Below the pieces are notes generated by a model. That model searched no databases and was not told the DNA's origin. It was given only the letters and a program-made list of their open reading frames with translations. From NCBI GenBank assembly GCA_903847095.1, contig CAINCQ010000039.1:1-58678 (forward strand): a stretch of DNA of 58,678 nucleotides. The letters run 5' to 3'. The DNA is from an uncultured bacterium (GTDB lineage Bacteria; Patescibacteriota; Minisyncoccia; Minisyncoccales; UBA5738). Below are positions 6,918 to 18,888 of this stretch, one piece after another. A program made the translations under genes and the position numbers. Within the stretch, counting starts at the first letter, position 1. Each line of letters starts with the position of its first letter.

Positions 6918-9089
6918 ATGTCCATATTAAAAGCGATCTCCAGGGGAAGTATTTATTTGCTGGTTTTTTTAACTCCATTGTTTTTTTCCCCGCTTACCCA
7001 AAATGTCCTTGATTTTCAGAAGCAGACGTTGTTCTTGGTAATCGCTTTATTGGGCCTGATGGGTTGGGCAAGCGACGCGCTGATCTCCAAAAAACTGGTT
7101 TTTAATTTTAACCTTGCCAGCGTGGCAGTGGTGGCGGTAATGCTGGCTACGCTTATTTCCAGCCTTTTCTCGCTTTACAGCTATGGCAGTCTATGGGGTT
7201 TGCCGCTGGATATCTCATCCAGTTTTCTGACCGTAACGGGGTTTGTGCTGTTTTATTTTCTGGTCATAAATCTTTTTTCCAAAGATGAGCTTGGTAAGTT
7301 GCTATTTACGCTCGTCGCGTCGTCTTTTGTAGCCGCGCTTTACGGGATTTTACAACTTTGCGGCCTGTTTTTGATCCCCTTTGACTTTGCCAAAGTGAAT
7401 TCTTTCAATACGGTGGGGTCGGTCAACGGGTTGGGTCTGTTCCTGTCCGTTGTCTTGGTCGCGGTTTTTTCCCTGGTTTTTTCGGAAAAAGACAAGAAAA
7501 AAATGGGTCTTTTCGCCCTTTTTGGCGCCGTATTGTTCCTTTACCTGATCTTGATAAACTTTTTGGCGGCGTGGATCGTGTTGGTTATCGGATCGCTGGT
7601 CATTTTTATCCAAAGTTTTGTCGACCGGGATTCGTTTTTCCGCGGAAAGACTGTCGCGATCGCTTCGTTTTGCTTGCTGTTTTTGTCGCTGATCTTCGTC
7701 GCCGTTGACATTTTCGCGGGTGATTTCGTCGGCGATATCTATAAAAGTCTTCCCCAGACACCGGTGGAGATCTCGCTGACCAACAAGACTTCCTGGGACG
7801 TTACTGTCTCGACATTAAAATCTTCGGCAAAGAATTTGATCCTTGGCTCCGGTCCCGGAACCTTTGTTTACGACTATTCCAGATACAAGCCCGAGGTGAT
7901 CAACCAGACGAATTTCTGGAGCGTTAGGTTTGGAACAGCTTCGGACGAGATATTGGGAAGATTGGCTACGGTCGGGATTCTGGGTATCCTTTTTTTGGCC
8001 GCGCTCATCGGTTTTATAGCCGTTAAAGGCTTTAAAATGCTGAACGAGGATCGGGAGGACAAGGAATTGGTTATCACTTGCTATGCTTCATGGCTGGCCA
8101 TTGTGGCGGCATTGTTTTTCTATCCGTTCAATTTTGCCCTTACCTTCCTTTTCTGGCTGCTTTCCGCTTTAATCATCGGATTTGATGAAGAAAAAAAGAG
8201 GGTGATCGAATTTTCGCTTGGTTCCAAGGCCGCTTACGCCGCGCCGTTATTGCTGGTCGTTGTGCTGGCCTTACAACTTGGGATTATTGTCTGGGTGGGA
8301 AAACGTTATTTCGCCGAAGTAAAATATTTGCAGGCCATGCAAGCTTTGCGAAAGCCGGATTACCAAGGTGCCGTAAATGATCTTAGCCTGGCGATTAATA
8401 GCACGGGATCCGCTCAAGATAATTATTTGAGGGATCTTTCCCAGGTTTATCTTGCTTGGGTGAGCGATGAAATAGCTAAGAGCACCGATCAGAAGAAAAC
8501 ATTGGAAACGATTGCCCCGCTTATGGGCCAAGCGGTTGAAATAGCCAAGGTCAATACGGATTCGGTGAATGGGAATGACGCCAACAATTGGGCGGTAAGG
8601 GGTTATATTTACCGCGAGCTTATCGGAGCGGTGAAAGATGCCGATTCCTGGGCGGTAACGAGTTACAAGAGGGCTATCGATCTGGAGCCGGCCAGTTCGT
8701 ATTTTTACGTGGAACTGGCCCAGGTTTACATATTAAAAGAAGATTTAGGCGCGGCAACAGAGAGTCTTTTGAAAGCGATAGAGCTGAATCCTAATTATTC
8801 CAATGCCCGTTATTACCTTGGCTTGATATACGACAAACAAAACAAAAAAGACGAGGCGATCGCGCAATTCGAAACTTTGACCCGGCTCAATCCCGATAAC
8901 AAAGATATCGCAACCATTCTGGAAAATCTGAAAGCGGGAAAACCGGCATTCGGGGAACAGGCTCAAGCTCCGGCGCCGGATTTGAACGCTCCAACCGGTT
9001 CAAATGTCAGTACTTCTGTTCCCGCGGAGAACCCGGCTATATTGCTACCTAAAAATGGAGAGCCGGCGAACAATGTACCGGTCAAATAA
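6918..9089 (+). CDS. Polytopic membrane protein (O-antigen ligase-like) with C-terminal TPR repeats
   Basis: About 12 TM segments, ILGSGPGTF loop, TPR-like repeats (AIELNPNYSNARYYLG). Confidence 0.75.
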   Translation: MSILKAISRGSIYLLVFLTPLFFSPLTQNVLDFQKQTLFLVIALLGLMGWASDALISKKLVFNFNLASVAVVAVMLATLISSLFSLYSYGSLWGLPLDISSSFLTVTGFVLFYFLVINLFSKDELGKLLFTLVASSFVAALYGILQLCGLFLIPFDFAKVNSFNTVGSVNGLGLFLSVVLVAVFSLVFSEKDKKKMGLFALFGAVLFLYLILINFLAAWIVLVIGSLVIFIQSFVDRDSFFRGKTVAIASFCLLFLSLIFVAVDIFAGDFVGDIYKSLPQTPVEISLTNKTSWDVTVSTLKSSAKNLILGSGPGTFVYDYSRYKPEVINQTNFWSVRFGTASDEILGRLATVGILGILFLAALIGFIAVKGFKMLNEDREDKELVITCYASWLAIVAALFFYPFNFALTFLFWLLSALIIGFDEEKKRVIEFSLGSKAAYAAPLLLVVVLALQLGIIVWVGKRYFAEVKYLQAMQALRKPDYQGAVNDLSLAINSTGSAQDNYLRDLSQVYLAWVSDEIAKSTDQKKTLETIAPLMGQAVEIAKVNTDSVNGNDANNWAVRGYIYRELIGAVKDADSWAVTSYKRAIDLEPASSYFYVELAQVYILKEDLGAATESLLKAIELNPNYSNARYYLGLIYDKQNKKDEAIAQFETLTRLNPDNKDIATILENLKAGKPAFGEQAQAPAPDLNAPTGSNVSTSVPAENPAILLPKNGEPANNVPVK

Positions 9090-9225
9090 CCTAGCGTTAT
9101 CCTTGGCTGAAACCCTGCCCGAAAAGGCGGGGTTTCAGCTTTAGCGGGCGAAGGGCGCGCGCGGTTTAAGGAATAAGGCAAGGACGCCTTTTTTGGCCGG
9201 ATACGCGGCAAAAACAAATCCGATA

Positions 9226-9254
9226 TTGACAAATTATAAAAGTTTTGATAAAAT
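9226..9254 (+). promoter_or_regulatory. Sigma70 promoter of the rpoB operon
   Basis: ttgaca-17 bp-taaaat with extended -10 TG. Confidence 0.7.
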
Positions 9255-9601
9255 TAATATTTGTTAAGGTAATAACCATTAATCCTTGATTTCCTTCCTG
9301 TTTTCATAACAAAATACCAATAAAAAAACCCAAATATAAAAAAGGGTTTTTTTGGGTTTTATTCCGGATTTTGGTTATCGAGAGGCGGTATTCGCCAAAA
9401 GAAACAAACTTTTTTTAAAACTTCCTTCGCCGAAGGAAGCCAAGGGCTTGCTCCTAATGCTATCCATCGGCCGATGGACGGCGGGCCTTCAAGGCCGGGA
9501 ATTTTCAATTATATTATCAAGAGGCAGTCTTAAAATACGGGTTTTCCGGCAAGGTTGGACTATTGCCAGAAAATGCGTTTTTGGAAGGCCTTTATAAATC
9601 C

Positions 9602-12600
9602 ATGGCGCTTAAAATAAAGAATTTTACGAAAGCCAAAGTCTCCCTTTCCCTGCCTTATTTGCTGGTTTTGCAGAAGGAAAGCTGGGATGTTTTCTGGAAA
9701 AACGATCTAAAGGAGCTTTTTACGGAGATCTCTCCGATCCGCGACTATACGAGCAAGGAGTTGGAGCTTTGGATTTTAGATTATAAAGTTGATAAGCCCA
9801 AATACAAAAACGATCTTGAGGCGAGGATCAATAACGATTCTTACGAAGTGCCGATCAGGATCAAAACCAAACTAGTTAATCTGAAAACCAAAGACGCCAA
9901 AATCCAAGAGATCTTTTTGTGCGATTTTCCCTTAATGACCGAACGGGGAACTTTTATCGTTAACGGTGTTGAAAGGGTTTGTATTTCGCAGCTCATCCGC
10001 TCCGCCGGCGTGTTCTTCTCATCCGACGTTATCGGCGGCAAGAACCACTTCGGGACCAAGATCATCCCGAACCGGGGATCCTGGCTGGAATTCGAAACCA
10101 CCCATACCGGTTTTATCGGCGTAAAAATCGACCGCAAGCGGCGCGTGCCTGCCACGACTTTGTTGCGGGCTTTTGGCATAGATAACGACCAGGCGATCAA
10201 AGAAATTTTTCAGGATGTGAATAACGGACCCGTTGATTTTATCGAAGAAACCTTGAAAAAGGATCCGACGCATAACCAGGCGGAGGCGCTGGTCGAAATT
10301 TACCAAAGACTCAGACCCGGCGATCTGGCTTCCGCCGATACGGCCAAGGAACTGATCGAGAATATGTTTTTTAACTTCGAACGCTACGATCTGTCCAAGG
10401 TGGGAAGATGGAAGATGTGGAAGAGGCTGCCGGATCTGAAGACAAAGAAAAAAGGAAAAGAGGAGGGTGATATCGTGGGGTTGCCCGATCGCGTTTTGAG
10501 CATCGATGATATTGTTTCGGTGATCAGGGAGATCATCCGGCTGAACAATGATCCGAATGGCCGGCCCGACGAGATCGATCATCTTGGCAACCGCCGCGTG
10601 AGGACTTTAAACGAGTTGCTCGTAAACCGCCTGAGAATAGGTTTTATGCGCATGGAAAGGATCGTTAAAGACCGGATGTCGACACTGGATGTTTTCAATC
10701 TGTCTCCGATGCAATTGGTCAATCCAAGGCCGGTGATGGCGGTAGTAAAAGAGTTCTTCTCTTCTTCCCAGCTTTCGCAATTCATGGACAACGAGAATCC
10801 GCTCTCGGAGCTCGAACATAAAAGAAGGCTGGCGGCTACCGGTCCGGGAGGTTTGACCCGCGAGAGGGCTGGCTTTGAAGTCCGCGACGTACAGCCTTCC
10901 CATTATGGCCGCATTTGCCCGATCCAAACACCTGAAGGTCCCAACGTCGGCTTGGTCGGATATCTGGCGTCTTTTACCAAGATCAATTCCTTTGGTTTCC
11001 TAGAAACCCCATATTTCAAAGTGGATAAAGGGGGACATGTTTCCGACGATCTGCAATATTTGACCGCCGACGAAGAAGAAAAACACAATATCGCGACCGC
11101 GGTCGTTCCTATCGACGAAAATAACAACATCATACCCAAAAAATTGGAAGCCAGGATTAAAGGAGAGCCTGGTATTTGTCCCAAAGAAGATATTGATTAT
11201 ATCGATGTTTCCCCCCAGCAAATTCTTTCGGTCGGTACTTCATTAATACCGTTTTTGCAGAATGATGACGCTAATCGCGCTCTGATGGGTTCCAATATGC
11301 AACGTCAGTCGACGCCGGTCATCAAACCCCAGGTTCCGCTGGTCATGACCGGTTCCGAAGAAAAAATAGCCCATGATTCCGGCCATATTCTTTTGGCCGA
11401 GGAAAATGGCGTTATTTCGTCCGTTGACGGTACCCGGATAGGATTGAAGTACGATGGCGAAAAAGAGGAAAAAAGTTACGACCTAAGAACCTTTATCCGG
11501 ACCAACCAATATACTTGTTTCCACCAATGCCCGATCGTAAAACTGGGCCAGAAGGTGAAGAAAGGCCAGGCGCTGTGTGATGGCGGATCGATCGTTGACG
11601 GTCATTTGGCCCTGGGACAAAACATTCTTTGCGCTTTTGTTTCCTGGCGGGGCGGTAATTTTGAGGACGCGATCCTGATCTCGGAACGCTTGGTCGGGGA
11701 TGACCGGTTTTCCTCGATCCATATGGAGAATTTCGTCTGCGACGTCCGGGAAACCAAACTCGGACCCGAAGTCACTACTTTCGATATTCCGAATGTTTCC
11801 GAAGAAAAACTTAAGGACCTTGATGAGGAAGGCGTGATCCGGATCGGTGCCGAAGTTAAACCTAACGATATCCTGGTGGGAAAGATCTCACCCAAGGGCG
11901 AGCAGGAACTTACGGCCGAAGAGCGTCTTTTACGCTCGATTTTCGGAGAGAAGGCCAAGGATGTCAAAGATACTTCGCTTTTGATGGAACATGGCAAACG
12001 CGGACGCGTGGTCGGCGTTAAGGTATTTTCGCGCGAACAGGGCCATAAGCTTGATCCGGGCGTGATCAAACGCATCGAGATCGAGATCGCGGAACTGCGG
12101 AAAGTCCAGGCTGGGGATAAGCTGGCCGGGCGCCACGGAAACAAAGGCGTGATCTCCAAAGTTCTGGCCGTTGAAGAAATGCCGTTTTTGGCCGATGGAA
12201 CGCCGGTTGATATCGTTTTGAACCCGATGAGCGTGGCTTCCCGTATGAACCTGGGACAGATCCTGGAAACCCATCTTGGCTATGCGGCCCATGAACTTGG
12301 TTATCACGCTCAAACGCCTTCTCTTTCGGGCGCAACCGAAAAAGACATCAAGGAAGAGCTGAAAAAAGCTGGCCTTCCCGAAGATGGAAAAGTGGTGCTT
12401 TATGACGGAAGGACGGGTCTTGCTTTTCCCGATAAGATCACGGTGGGCTATATTTATATGATGAAGCTGATCCATATGGTGGAAGACAAGATTCATACCC
12501 GGAGCATCGGGCCCTATTCTTTGATCACCCAGCAGCCGTTGGGAGGAAAAGCCCAATTTGGCGGCCAGCGGTTTGGAGAAATGGAAGTTTGGGCTTTGGA

Positions 12601-12802
12601 AGGATATGGAGCGGCTTATACTTTGCAGGAAATGCTTACGATCAAATCGGATGACATCGTCGGAAGAGCTACCACTTATGAAACGATCCTCCGGGGAGAA
12701 CAGATTAAAAACCCGAACATTCCCGCATCATTCAATCTCTTGGTGAGCGAGTTAAAGTCGTTGGGATTGAACGTCGAGGTAAGAGAAAAACCGGCCGAAT
12801 AA
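9602..12802 (+). CDS. rpoB: DNA-directed RNA polymerase subunit beta
   Basis: DIDHLGNRR-like DEIDHLGNRR, GRICPIQTPEG, GDKLAGRHGNKG, GGQRFGEMEVWALE; ATG at 9602 preferred. Confidence 0.98.
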   Translation: MALKIKNFTKAKVSLSLPYLLVLQKESWDVFWKNDLKELFTEISPIRDYTSKELELWILDYKVDKPKYKNDLEARINNDSYEVPIRIKTKLVNLKTKDAKIQEIFLCDFPLMTERGTFIVNGVERVCISQLIRSAGVFFSSDVIGGKNHFGTKIIPNRGSWLEFETTHTGFIGVKIDRKRRVPATTLLRAFGIDNDQAIKEIFQDVNNGPVDFIEETLKKDPTHNQAEALVEIYQRLRPGDLASADTAKELIENMFFNFERYDLSKVGRWKMWKRLPDLKTKKKGKEEGDIVGLPDRVLSIDDIVSVIREIIRLNNDPNGRPDEIDHLGNRRVRTLNELLVNRLRIGFMRMERIVKDRMSTLDVFNLSPMQLVNPRPVMAVVKEFFSSSQLSQFMDNENPLSELEHKRRLAATGPGGLTRERAGFEVRDVQPSHYGRICPIQTPEGPNVGLVGYLASFTKINSFGFLETPYFKVDKGGHVSDDLQYLTADEEEKHNIATAVVPIDENNNIIPKKLEARIKGEPGICPKEDIDYIDVSPQQILSVGTSLIPFLQNDDANRALMGSNMQRQSTPVIKPQVPLVMTGSEEKIAHDSGHILLAEENGVISSVDGTRIGLKYDGEKEEKSYDLRTFIRTNQYTCFHQCPIVKLGQKVKKGQALCDGGSIVDGHLALGQNILCAFVSWRGGNFEDAILISERLVGDDRFSSIHMENFVCDVRETKLGPEVTTFDIPNVSEEKLKDLDEEGVIRIGAEVKPNDILVGKISPKGEQELTAEERLLRSIFGEKAKDVKDTSLLMEHGKRGRVVGVKVFSREQGHKLDPGVIKRIEIEIAELRKVQAGDKLAGRHGNKGVISKVLAVEEMPFLADGTPVDIVLNPMSVASRMNLGQILETHLGYAAHELGYHAQTPSLSGATEKDIKEELKKAGLPEDGKVVLYDGRTGLAFPDKITVGYIYMMKLIHMVEDKIHTRSIGPYSLITQQPLGGKAQFGGQRFGEMEVWALEGYGAAYTLQEMLTIKSDDIVGRATTYETILRGEQIKNPNIPASFNLLVSELKSLGLNVEVREKPAE

Positions 12803-12813
12803 ATTAAACAAAC

Positions 12814-12897
12814 TTAGTCCACTAAGTGAATCAAGTTTACTAAGTTAAAAAGCATTTTTGCTTGATTAACTTAATTAGCTTACTAGCTTGATTAACT
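12814..12897 (+). repeat. AT-rich intercistronic repeat, copy 1 (rpoB-rpoC)
   Basis: Aligns to the reverse complement of 24519-24609; contains gcttgattaact twice. Confidence 0.85.
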
Positions 12898-12909
12898 TTT
12901 TAAAAAACT

Positions 12910-15900
12910 ATGCGAGTAGAAGATTTACAATCAATAAGGATCAAACTGGCGTCGCCCGACGACGTTTTGGCTTGGTCCCACGGCGAAGTAACCAAGCCCG
13001 AAACCATCAATTACCGCACGCAAAGGGCGGAAAAGGACGGTCTTTTCTGCGAGCGTATTTTCGGACCGGAGAAGGATTATGAGTGCTACTGCGGAAAATA
13101 CAAACGGGTTCGCTATAAGGGGATTATTTGCGACCGTTGCGGGGTTGAGGTCACGAAGAGTTCGGTCCGTCGCGATCGGATGGGTCATATCAAGCTTGCT
13201 TGTCCGGTTTCGCATATCTGGTTTTTAAGGGGCGTCCCATCCCGCATGGGACAGGTAGTGGACCTTCCGATGCAGCAACTCGAAAAAGTCATTTATTTCG
13301 CGTCATACGTCATAACGACCGTTGACGATGAGGAAAAAAAGAGGATAGCCGAAGAGATCGAGGCGGAATTCCAGGAAAAGACCAGAACCCAGAAAAAATT
13401 CTTCGATAAAGACGATAAGGCCGGCCAAAAGGAACTGGGCAAAGATTTGGAAGAGTTGAAAGGCGCCCGCGACCGGGCCAAGCAGGAGCTTAACAGTATC
13501 CAGTTATTAAAGATAATTTCGGAAGCCGAATATCGGAATTTAGCCCTGAAATACGGCCAATGTTTTTCGGCCGGCACCGGAGCGGAGACGGTTCGCAAGA
13601 TCTTTGAAAAGATCGACATTAAAACTCAAATCGAAACCTTGAACGGTAAACTCCAGGATGCTACTCCCGAAGAGAAGAGAAAGATTTTCATCCGTTTGAA
13701 ACTTTACCAGGGGATGCAACAAGCCGGGATCAGGCCCGAATGGATGTTATTGACGGCGTTGCCGGTTTTGCCGTCCGATTTGCGGCCTATCGTCCAACTG
13801 GACGGAGGACGTTACGCGTCGAGCGATTTGAACGATCTTTACCGCCGGGTGATCAACCGGAACAACCGTTTGAAGTATTTGATCGAGATCGGCGCTCCCG
13901 AAGTGATCGTTCGCAACGAGAAAAGGATGTTGCAGGAAGCAGTCGATTCTCTTATTGACAATGGCATGAGAAAGGGCACGACCACCCAGGCGACCACCGG
14001 GGGCCGCCGCCTGCTTAAATCCCTGGCTGATATGCTGAAGGGAAAACAAGGGCGTTTCAGGCAGAATTTACTGGGCAAGCGTGTTGATTATTCGGGACGT
14101 TCCGTGATTGTGGTCGGGCCGGAGCTTAAACTTGACGAGGTTGGCATTCCCAAGAAAATGGCGCTTGAGCTTTTTAAACCTTTTGTGATCAGGCGGATTC
14201 TTGAAAAAGAAATGGCTTTCAATGTGAGGGGCGCTTCGCGCTTGATCGAGACCGAGACCGATGAGATTTGGGCGATTCTCGAAGAAGTGGTGAAGAACAA
14301 ACTGGTTCTGATCAATCGCGCCCCGACGCTTCATCGCTTGAGCATCCAGGCTTTCCACCCGATCTTGATCGAAGGCGAGGCCATCCAAGTCCACCCCATG
14401 GTTTGTAAGGCCTTTAACGCCGATTTTGACGGCGACCAGATGGCAGTGCATTTGCCTTTGTCGGATCTTGCCCAGAAAGAGGCTAGGGAGCGCATGCTTT
14501 CCACTTTAAATCTTTTGAAACCGGCCAAGGGAACCCCGGTAGTCACCGTTTACCAAGATATGGTGCTTGGCTGTTATTGGATGACCAAAATGATGGAAGG
14601 AACCAAGGGAGAGGGAAGTATCTTTGCCAATGCTAATGAAGCGATTTTGGTTCACGGCTTTGGGGAAGTTGACTTGCGCGCGAAAATAAAAGTCATGAAT
14701 CCCAAGCCTTCAACCCAGGGTATGATCGAAACGACCGTTGGCCGGATTATATTCAACCAGGTTTTACCCGATGATTTTGCGTTCCAGAACCAATTGATCA
14801 AGGTACGCGACCTTGAACGTATCGCCGAAGACATCATCAGAAACTACGACGTCAAAACAACGCAAGAAACGCTCGACCGCATTAAAGAACTTGGTTTTGA
14901 GTATTCAACGCTTTCGGGCATTTCCTGGGGAATGGACGATTTACATGTCCCGGTCGAGAAGCCTGGCATCATCAAAGAAGCCGAAAAGGAAGTCGAAAAA
15001 ACAGAAGACTATTTCCGTAAAGGGCTTTTGTCGAAAGAAGAGAAGAAGAACAAGATTATCGAGATCTGGTCGCGAGCCAAAACGACCATCGAAAATCTTG
15101 TGCCCAAGACCTTATCGGCCGACGGTTCGGTTTTTCAAATGATCGATGCGGGCGCGCGCGGTTCCTGGTCCCAGCCGGTCCAGATGGCGGGTATGAAAGG
15201 CTTGGTGGTGGATCCGTCCGGAGATATTATCGAATTACCCGTAAAAAATTCTTATAAAGAAGGCTTGGACGTTTTGGAATACTTTAATTCGACTCATGGC
15301 GCGCGAAAAGGCACGGTGGATACGGCTTTAAGGACTTCGACCGCCGGTTATTTGACGCGGAGACTTGTTGATGTCGCCCATGAAGTGATTGTTTCGGAAG
15401 TCGATTGCGGGGATGACGAAGGGATCGAAGCTTTTTTCAGAGAGAGCGAAGAGATCGGTCAGAATTTCCTGTATAAGATCGCGGGACGCGTTTCGCTTGA
15501 TACCATAAAAAGCGAGAAGACCAAAGAAACCATTATTAAAAAAGGTGAATTGATCGACTGGGTCATCGGAAGAAGACTGATTGAGGAAGGTGTTGTGAGC
15601 GTAAAGATCAGGTCGCCCTTAAACTGCCGATGTATAAAAGGGGTTTGCCAGAAATGTTATGGTTGGGACCTTGGTAACAACAAACTGGTTCGCATGGGAG
15701 AAGCAGTGGGTATTATTGCCGCCCAGTCCATCGGGGAGCCGGGAACCCAGCTTACGATGAGAACTTTCCATACGGGCGGCGTAGCGGGTGGCGGCGATAT
15801 CACTTCGGGTTTGCCGCGGGTGGAAGAGATTTTCGAGGCGAGAATGCCGGCGGGCAGGGCCGAGATGGCTCCAGCCGATGGTACGATCGAAGAGATCACG

Positions 15901-16599
15901 CCTGAACGCGTGATCAAGGTCAAGATAAAAACCAAGGACGCGGATAAGAACAAAACGGCTCAGATCGTCGAATTCGAGGTCCCATTGAACTCCGCGATCT
16001 TGGTGAAGAAGAATGATCAGGTAAAGAAAGGCCAATCGTTATGGGAAGGCAGTTTGGAATTGAAGGAATTATACAAATTGGCTGGAAAGGATGCGGCACA
16101 GTGTTATATACTAAAGGAGGTGCAGAGAATCTATAATTCCCAAGGTGCTACGATTCATGATAAGCACGTGGAAGTGATCATCCGCCAGATGTTTTCGCGC
16201 GTCAAAGTCAATGATCCGGGAGACAGCCTTTTTATACCCAAGGAAGTGGTGGAGAAAAAGAAAGCCATGATCGAAAACGAGAAATTGGCGAAAGAAAAGA
16301 AAAAATTAGTTGATTTTTCGCCCGTTTTGCTCGGCGTTTCGAAAGTTGCGCTTACCACGAGCTCTTGGTTGTCGTCGGCTTCTTTCCAGGAAACATCGAG
16401 GGTTTTGATCAAAGCCAGCTTGGAGCGGCAGGAGGACACGCTTGAAGGATTGAAGGAAAATGTGATCATCGGTAAATTGGTGCCGGCGGGAACCGGGTTC
16501 AAAATCGATTCCAAGGAAACTTTCGCGGAAGATTCCAAAAAAGGGTCAACACCCAAAGATCTAAAGGCATCCGATGAAAAAGAACAAAAAGAACAATAA
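12910..16599 (+). CDS. rpoC: DNA-directed RNA polymerase subunit beta'
   Basis: KPETINYRT, zinc finger, NADFDGD catalytic motif, [13 protein letters not shown]. Confidence 0.98.
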   Translation: MRVEDLQSIRIKLASPDDVLAWSHGEVTKPETINYRTQRAEKDGLFCERIFGPEKDYECYCGKYKRVRYKGIICDRCGVEVTKSSVRRDRMGHIKLACPVSHIWFLRGVPSRMGQVVDLPMQQLEKVIYFASYVITTVDDEEKKRIAEEIEAEFQEKTRTQKKFFDKDDKAGQKELGKDLEELKGARDRAKQELNSIQLLKIISEAEYRNLALKYGQCFSAGTGAETVRKIFEKIDIKTQIETLNGKLQDATPEEKRKIFIRLKLYQGMQQAGIRPEWMLLTALPVLPSDLRPIVQLDGGRYASSDLNDLYRRVINRNNRLKYLIEIGAPEVIVRNEKRMLQEAVDSLIDNGMRKGTTTQATTGGRRLLKSLADMLKGKQGRFRQNLLGKRVDYSGRSVIVVGPELKLDEVGIPKKMALELFKPFVIRRILEKEMAFNVRGASRLIETETDEIWAILEEVVKNKLVLINRAPTLHRLSIQAFHPILIEGEAIQVHPMVCKAFNADFDGDQMAVHLPLSDLAQKEARERMLSTLNLLKPAKGTPVVTVYQDMVLGCYWMTKMMEGTKGEGSIFANANEAILVHGFGEVDLRAKIKVMNPKPSTQGMIETTVGRIIFNQVLPDDFAFQNQLIKVRDLERIAEDIIRNYDVKTTQETLDRIKELGFEYSTLSGISWGMDDLHVPVEKPGIIKEAEKEVEKTEDYFRKGLLSKEEKKNKIIEIWSRAKTTIENLVPKTLSADGSVFQMIDAGARGSWSQPVQMAGMKGLVVDPSGDIIELPVKNSYKEGLDVLEYFNSTHGARKGTVDTALRTSTAGYLTRRLVDVAHEVIVSEVDCGDDEGIEAFFRESEEIGQNFLYKIAGRVSLDTIKSEKTKETIIKKGELIDWVIGRRLIEEGVVSVKIRSPLNCRCIKGVCQKCYGWDLGNNKLVRMGEAVGIIAAQSIGEPGTQLTMRTFHTGGVAGGGDITSGLPRVEEIFEARMPAGRAEMAPADGTIEEITPERVIKVKIKTKDADKNKTAQIVEFEVPLNSAILVKKNDQVKKGQSLWEGSLELKELYKLAGKDAAQCYILKEVQRIYNSQGATIHDKHVEVIIRQMFSRVKVNDPGDSLFIPKEVVEKKKAMIENEKLAKEKKKLVDFSPVLLGVSKVALTTSSWLSSASFQETSRVLIKASLERQEDTLEGLKENVIIGKLVPAGTGFKIDSKETFAEDSKKGSTPKDLKASDEKEQKEQ

Positions 16600-18772
16600 A
16601 AATCAATCGTCAAAAAAATCAGATCCTAATTTCTCAAGCCTTGAGGAAAACGTTAAAAAATGGGGCGCGGGCATTATCATGCTGGTTTTGGCCTTTGTAC
16701 TGACTCTCGGATTTTTTGACATGGCGGGCGTTGCGGGGAGGGCGCTTGTCGCTTTGATCGCCTATTTAGCAGGCAGCGCGGCTTTCGCGTTGCCTGTTAT
16801 TTTATTGCTTGGGGGGGTCATCTTTTTTACCGCTCACCAAGAGAGAATCTCCGGTCAGCTTACGCTAGCCATGTTCATTTTGGTGCTCGGGATCTGCGGC
16901 ATCCTCGCTGCTCTGAATCTTGAGAGTCTTGGCGGGGGGAAGCTTGGATATTTTATGGCCTTACCGCTTTTCAAGCTGTTCGGCTTTTGGGTGACGTTCA
17001 TTATCTTTTCCGGTTTTATCGCGCTTTCATCTTTGATGTTTTGGTGGCTTCTTGGCAAGCCGATGCCGGATTTCAAGGCTTTAGACCTTGGGAAAGAAAA
17101 GGCATCGGCGTTGGTTCAAAAGAAGCCTTCGCTGATCAGAACCTTGATCACTGCTCCGGAAATGAAGATGAAGAGTATTTCCATTCAAAACGGACAGGGA
17201 AGCAAGGATGTCAAAAAATCTCAAAAAGAGATCTTGGGAGCGAAAAAAACAAGTCCCGGTCTTCGGCAGGAAATAAAATACGTGGCTCCGTCCATCGATC
17301 TTTTGGATACGATAAAGGGCGTGCCTTTGGCTGGTGATTTACGGCAGAATGCCCAAATCATTAAAAAAATGCTTGGTGATTTTGGTATTCCGGTGAATAT
17401 GTACGATGCTAATGTCGGTCCGGCGGTCACTCAATACACTTTAAAGCCCGACGACGGGATCAAGCTGTCGAAAATCACCGCCCTTTCCAATGACCTGGCT
17501 CTGGCTCTGGCCAGCCAATCGATCAGGATCGAAGCTCCTATTCCCGGGAAGGCCTTGGTTGGCGTGGAAGTCCCGAATAAGGAACGGGCAGGAATCGGTC
17601 TGCGGGAGCTGTTATCTTCGCAAGAGTTTATCCAGTCGCAAGCTAATTTGCCAGTTTGCCTGGGCAAGGATGTTATCGGCAATCCGATCCTGGCGGATCT
17701 GGCCAGGATGCCTCATTTGATGGTTGCGGGCGCCACGGGTACCGGCAAAACGATTTTTCTTAACAGCTTGCTTACAACTTTACTTTTTAAGAATCCTCCG
17801 GAGCTTTTGAGGCTTATTCTTGTCGATCCAAAAAGGGTTGAAATGAGGGATTACAATGATTTGCCCCATTTGCTTTGTCCGGTTATCTTTGACGTTCATA
17901 AAACAGTCGCCGCGCTCAAATGGGCTATCTCGGAAATGGAGCGGCGCTTCGATCTCATCGGTTCCAAGGGGTCGCGGAACATCGGGAGTTATAACGAAAA
18001 GGCCTTAAAGGATGGTTTCGAGCCAATGCCTTTCATCGTGTTTGTTATCGATGAGCTGGCTGATCTGATGGCTTCGAAAGGTAAAGAGGTGGAAGCCGGT
18101 ATCATCAGGCTGGCCCAGATGGCCAGGGCAGTGGGAATTCATTTGGTGGTGGCGACCCAGCGTCCTTCAGTGGAAGTTATCACCGGCCTGATCAAAGCCA
18201 ATATAACTTGCCGCGTAGCTTTCCAGGTTGCTTCACAAATCGATTCCAGGACCATCCTTGACGTGTCCGGCGCGGAAAAACTGCTGGGTGCCGGCGATAT
18301 GTTGTTTACTTCCTCGGAATATCCCAGGCCGAAACGCGTCCAGGGTCCTTATATCTCCGAAAAAGAAATGAAACGTGTGTTGGAATGGATCAAGGAAAAG
18401 AACGTAATGCCGGAATTCAGGATCGAAGAAGGCGTATTGGAAAGCATGGCGATCGGTAATGGTAATGGAAACAGCGATTATGTCGGTACTCCGGGGATGT
18501 TTGGCGCCAATGACGGATCCGAAGATATGGGCGACGACCCGCTTTATGAACAGGCAAAAAAAATAGTATTGGAATCCCGCCAGGCATCGGCTTCTTTTTT
18601 GCAGAGGCGTTTGCGGATTGGCTATGCCCGCGCCGCGCGGATCATTGACATTATGGAAGACAAGGGCATGGTTGGGCCAAAAGATGGCGCTCGGCCCCGG
18701 GAGATTCTTATTTCCGCGATCGGTGAAGGGAATAGCGATAGCGGAACCGATGACGGCTGGCAGAAAGTTTAA
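16574..18772 (+). CDS. ftsK: DNA translocase FtsK/SpoIIIE
   Basis: N-terminal TM region, Walker [24 protein letters not shown], gamma domain [17 protein letters not shown]. Confidence 0.95.
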   Translation: MKKNKKNNKNQSSKKSDPNFSSLEENVKKWGAGIIMLVLAFVLTLGFFDMAGVAGRALVALIAYLAGSAAFALPVILLLGGVIFFTAHQERISGQLTLAMFILVLGICGILAALNLESLGGGKLGYFMALPLFKLFGFWVTFIIFSGFIALSSLMFWWLLGKPMPDFKALDLGKEKASALVQKKPSLIRTLITAPEMKMKSISIQNGQGSKDVKKSQKEILGAKKTSPGLRQEIKYVAPSIDLLDTIKGVPLAGDLRQNAQIIKKMLGDFGIPVNMYDANVGPAVTQYTLKPDDGIKLSKITALSNDLALALASQSIRIEAPIPGKALVGVEVPNKERAGIGLRELLSSQEFIQSQANLPVCLGKDVIGNPILADLARMPHLMVAGATGTGKTIFLNSLLTTLLFKNPPELLRLILVDPKRVEMRDYNDLPHLLCPVIFDVHKTVAALKWAISEMERRFDLIGSKGSRNIGSYNEKALKDGFEPMPFIVFVIDELADLMASKGKEVEAGIIRLAQMARAVGIHLVVATQRPSVEVITGLIKANITCRVAFQVASQIDSRTILDVSGAEKLLGAGDMLFTSSEYPRPKRVQGPYISEKEMKRVLEWIKEKNVMPEFRIEEGVLESMAIGNGNGNSDYVGTPGMFGANDGSEDMGDDPLYEQAKKIVLESRQASASFLQRRLRIGYARAARIIDIMEDKGMVGPKDGARPREILISAIGEGNSDSGTDDGWQKV

Positions 18773-18888
18773 ATATTTTTTGCTTGTATTCTGGCGGGGA
18801 ATAAAATATATTGCATTTACACAAGGCGGTCTTTTTTGCTACATTTAATCTGCGGGGCACCATAGGTGCTGGCACGCCTACAAAAAAT

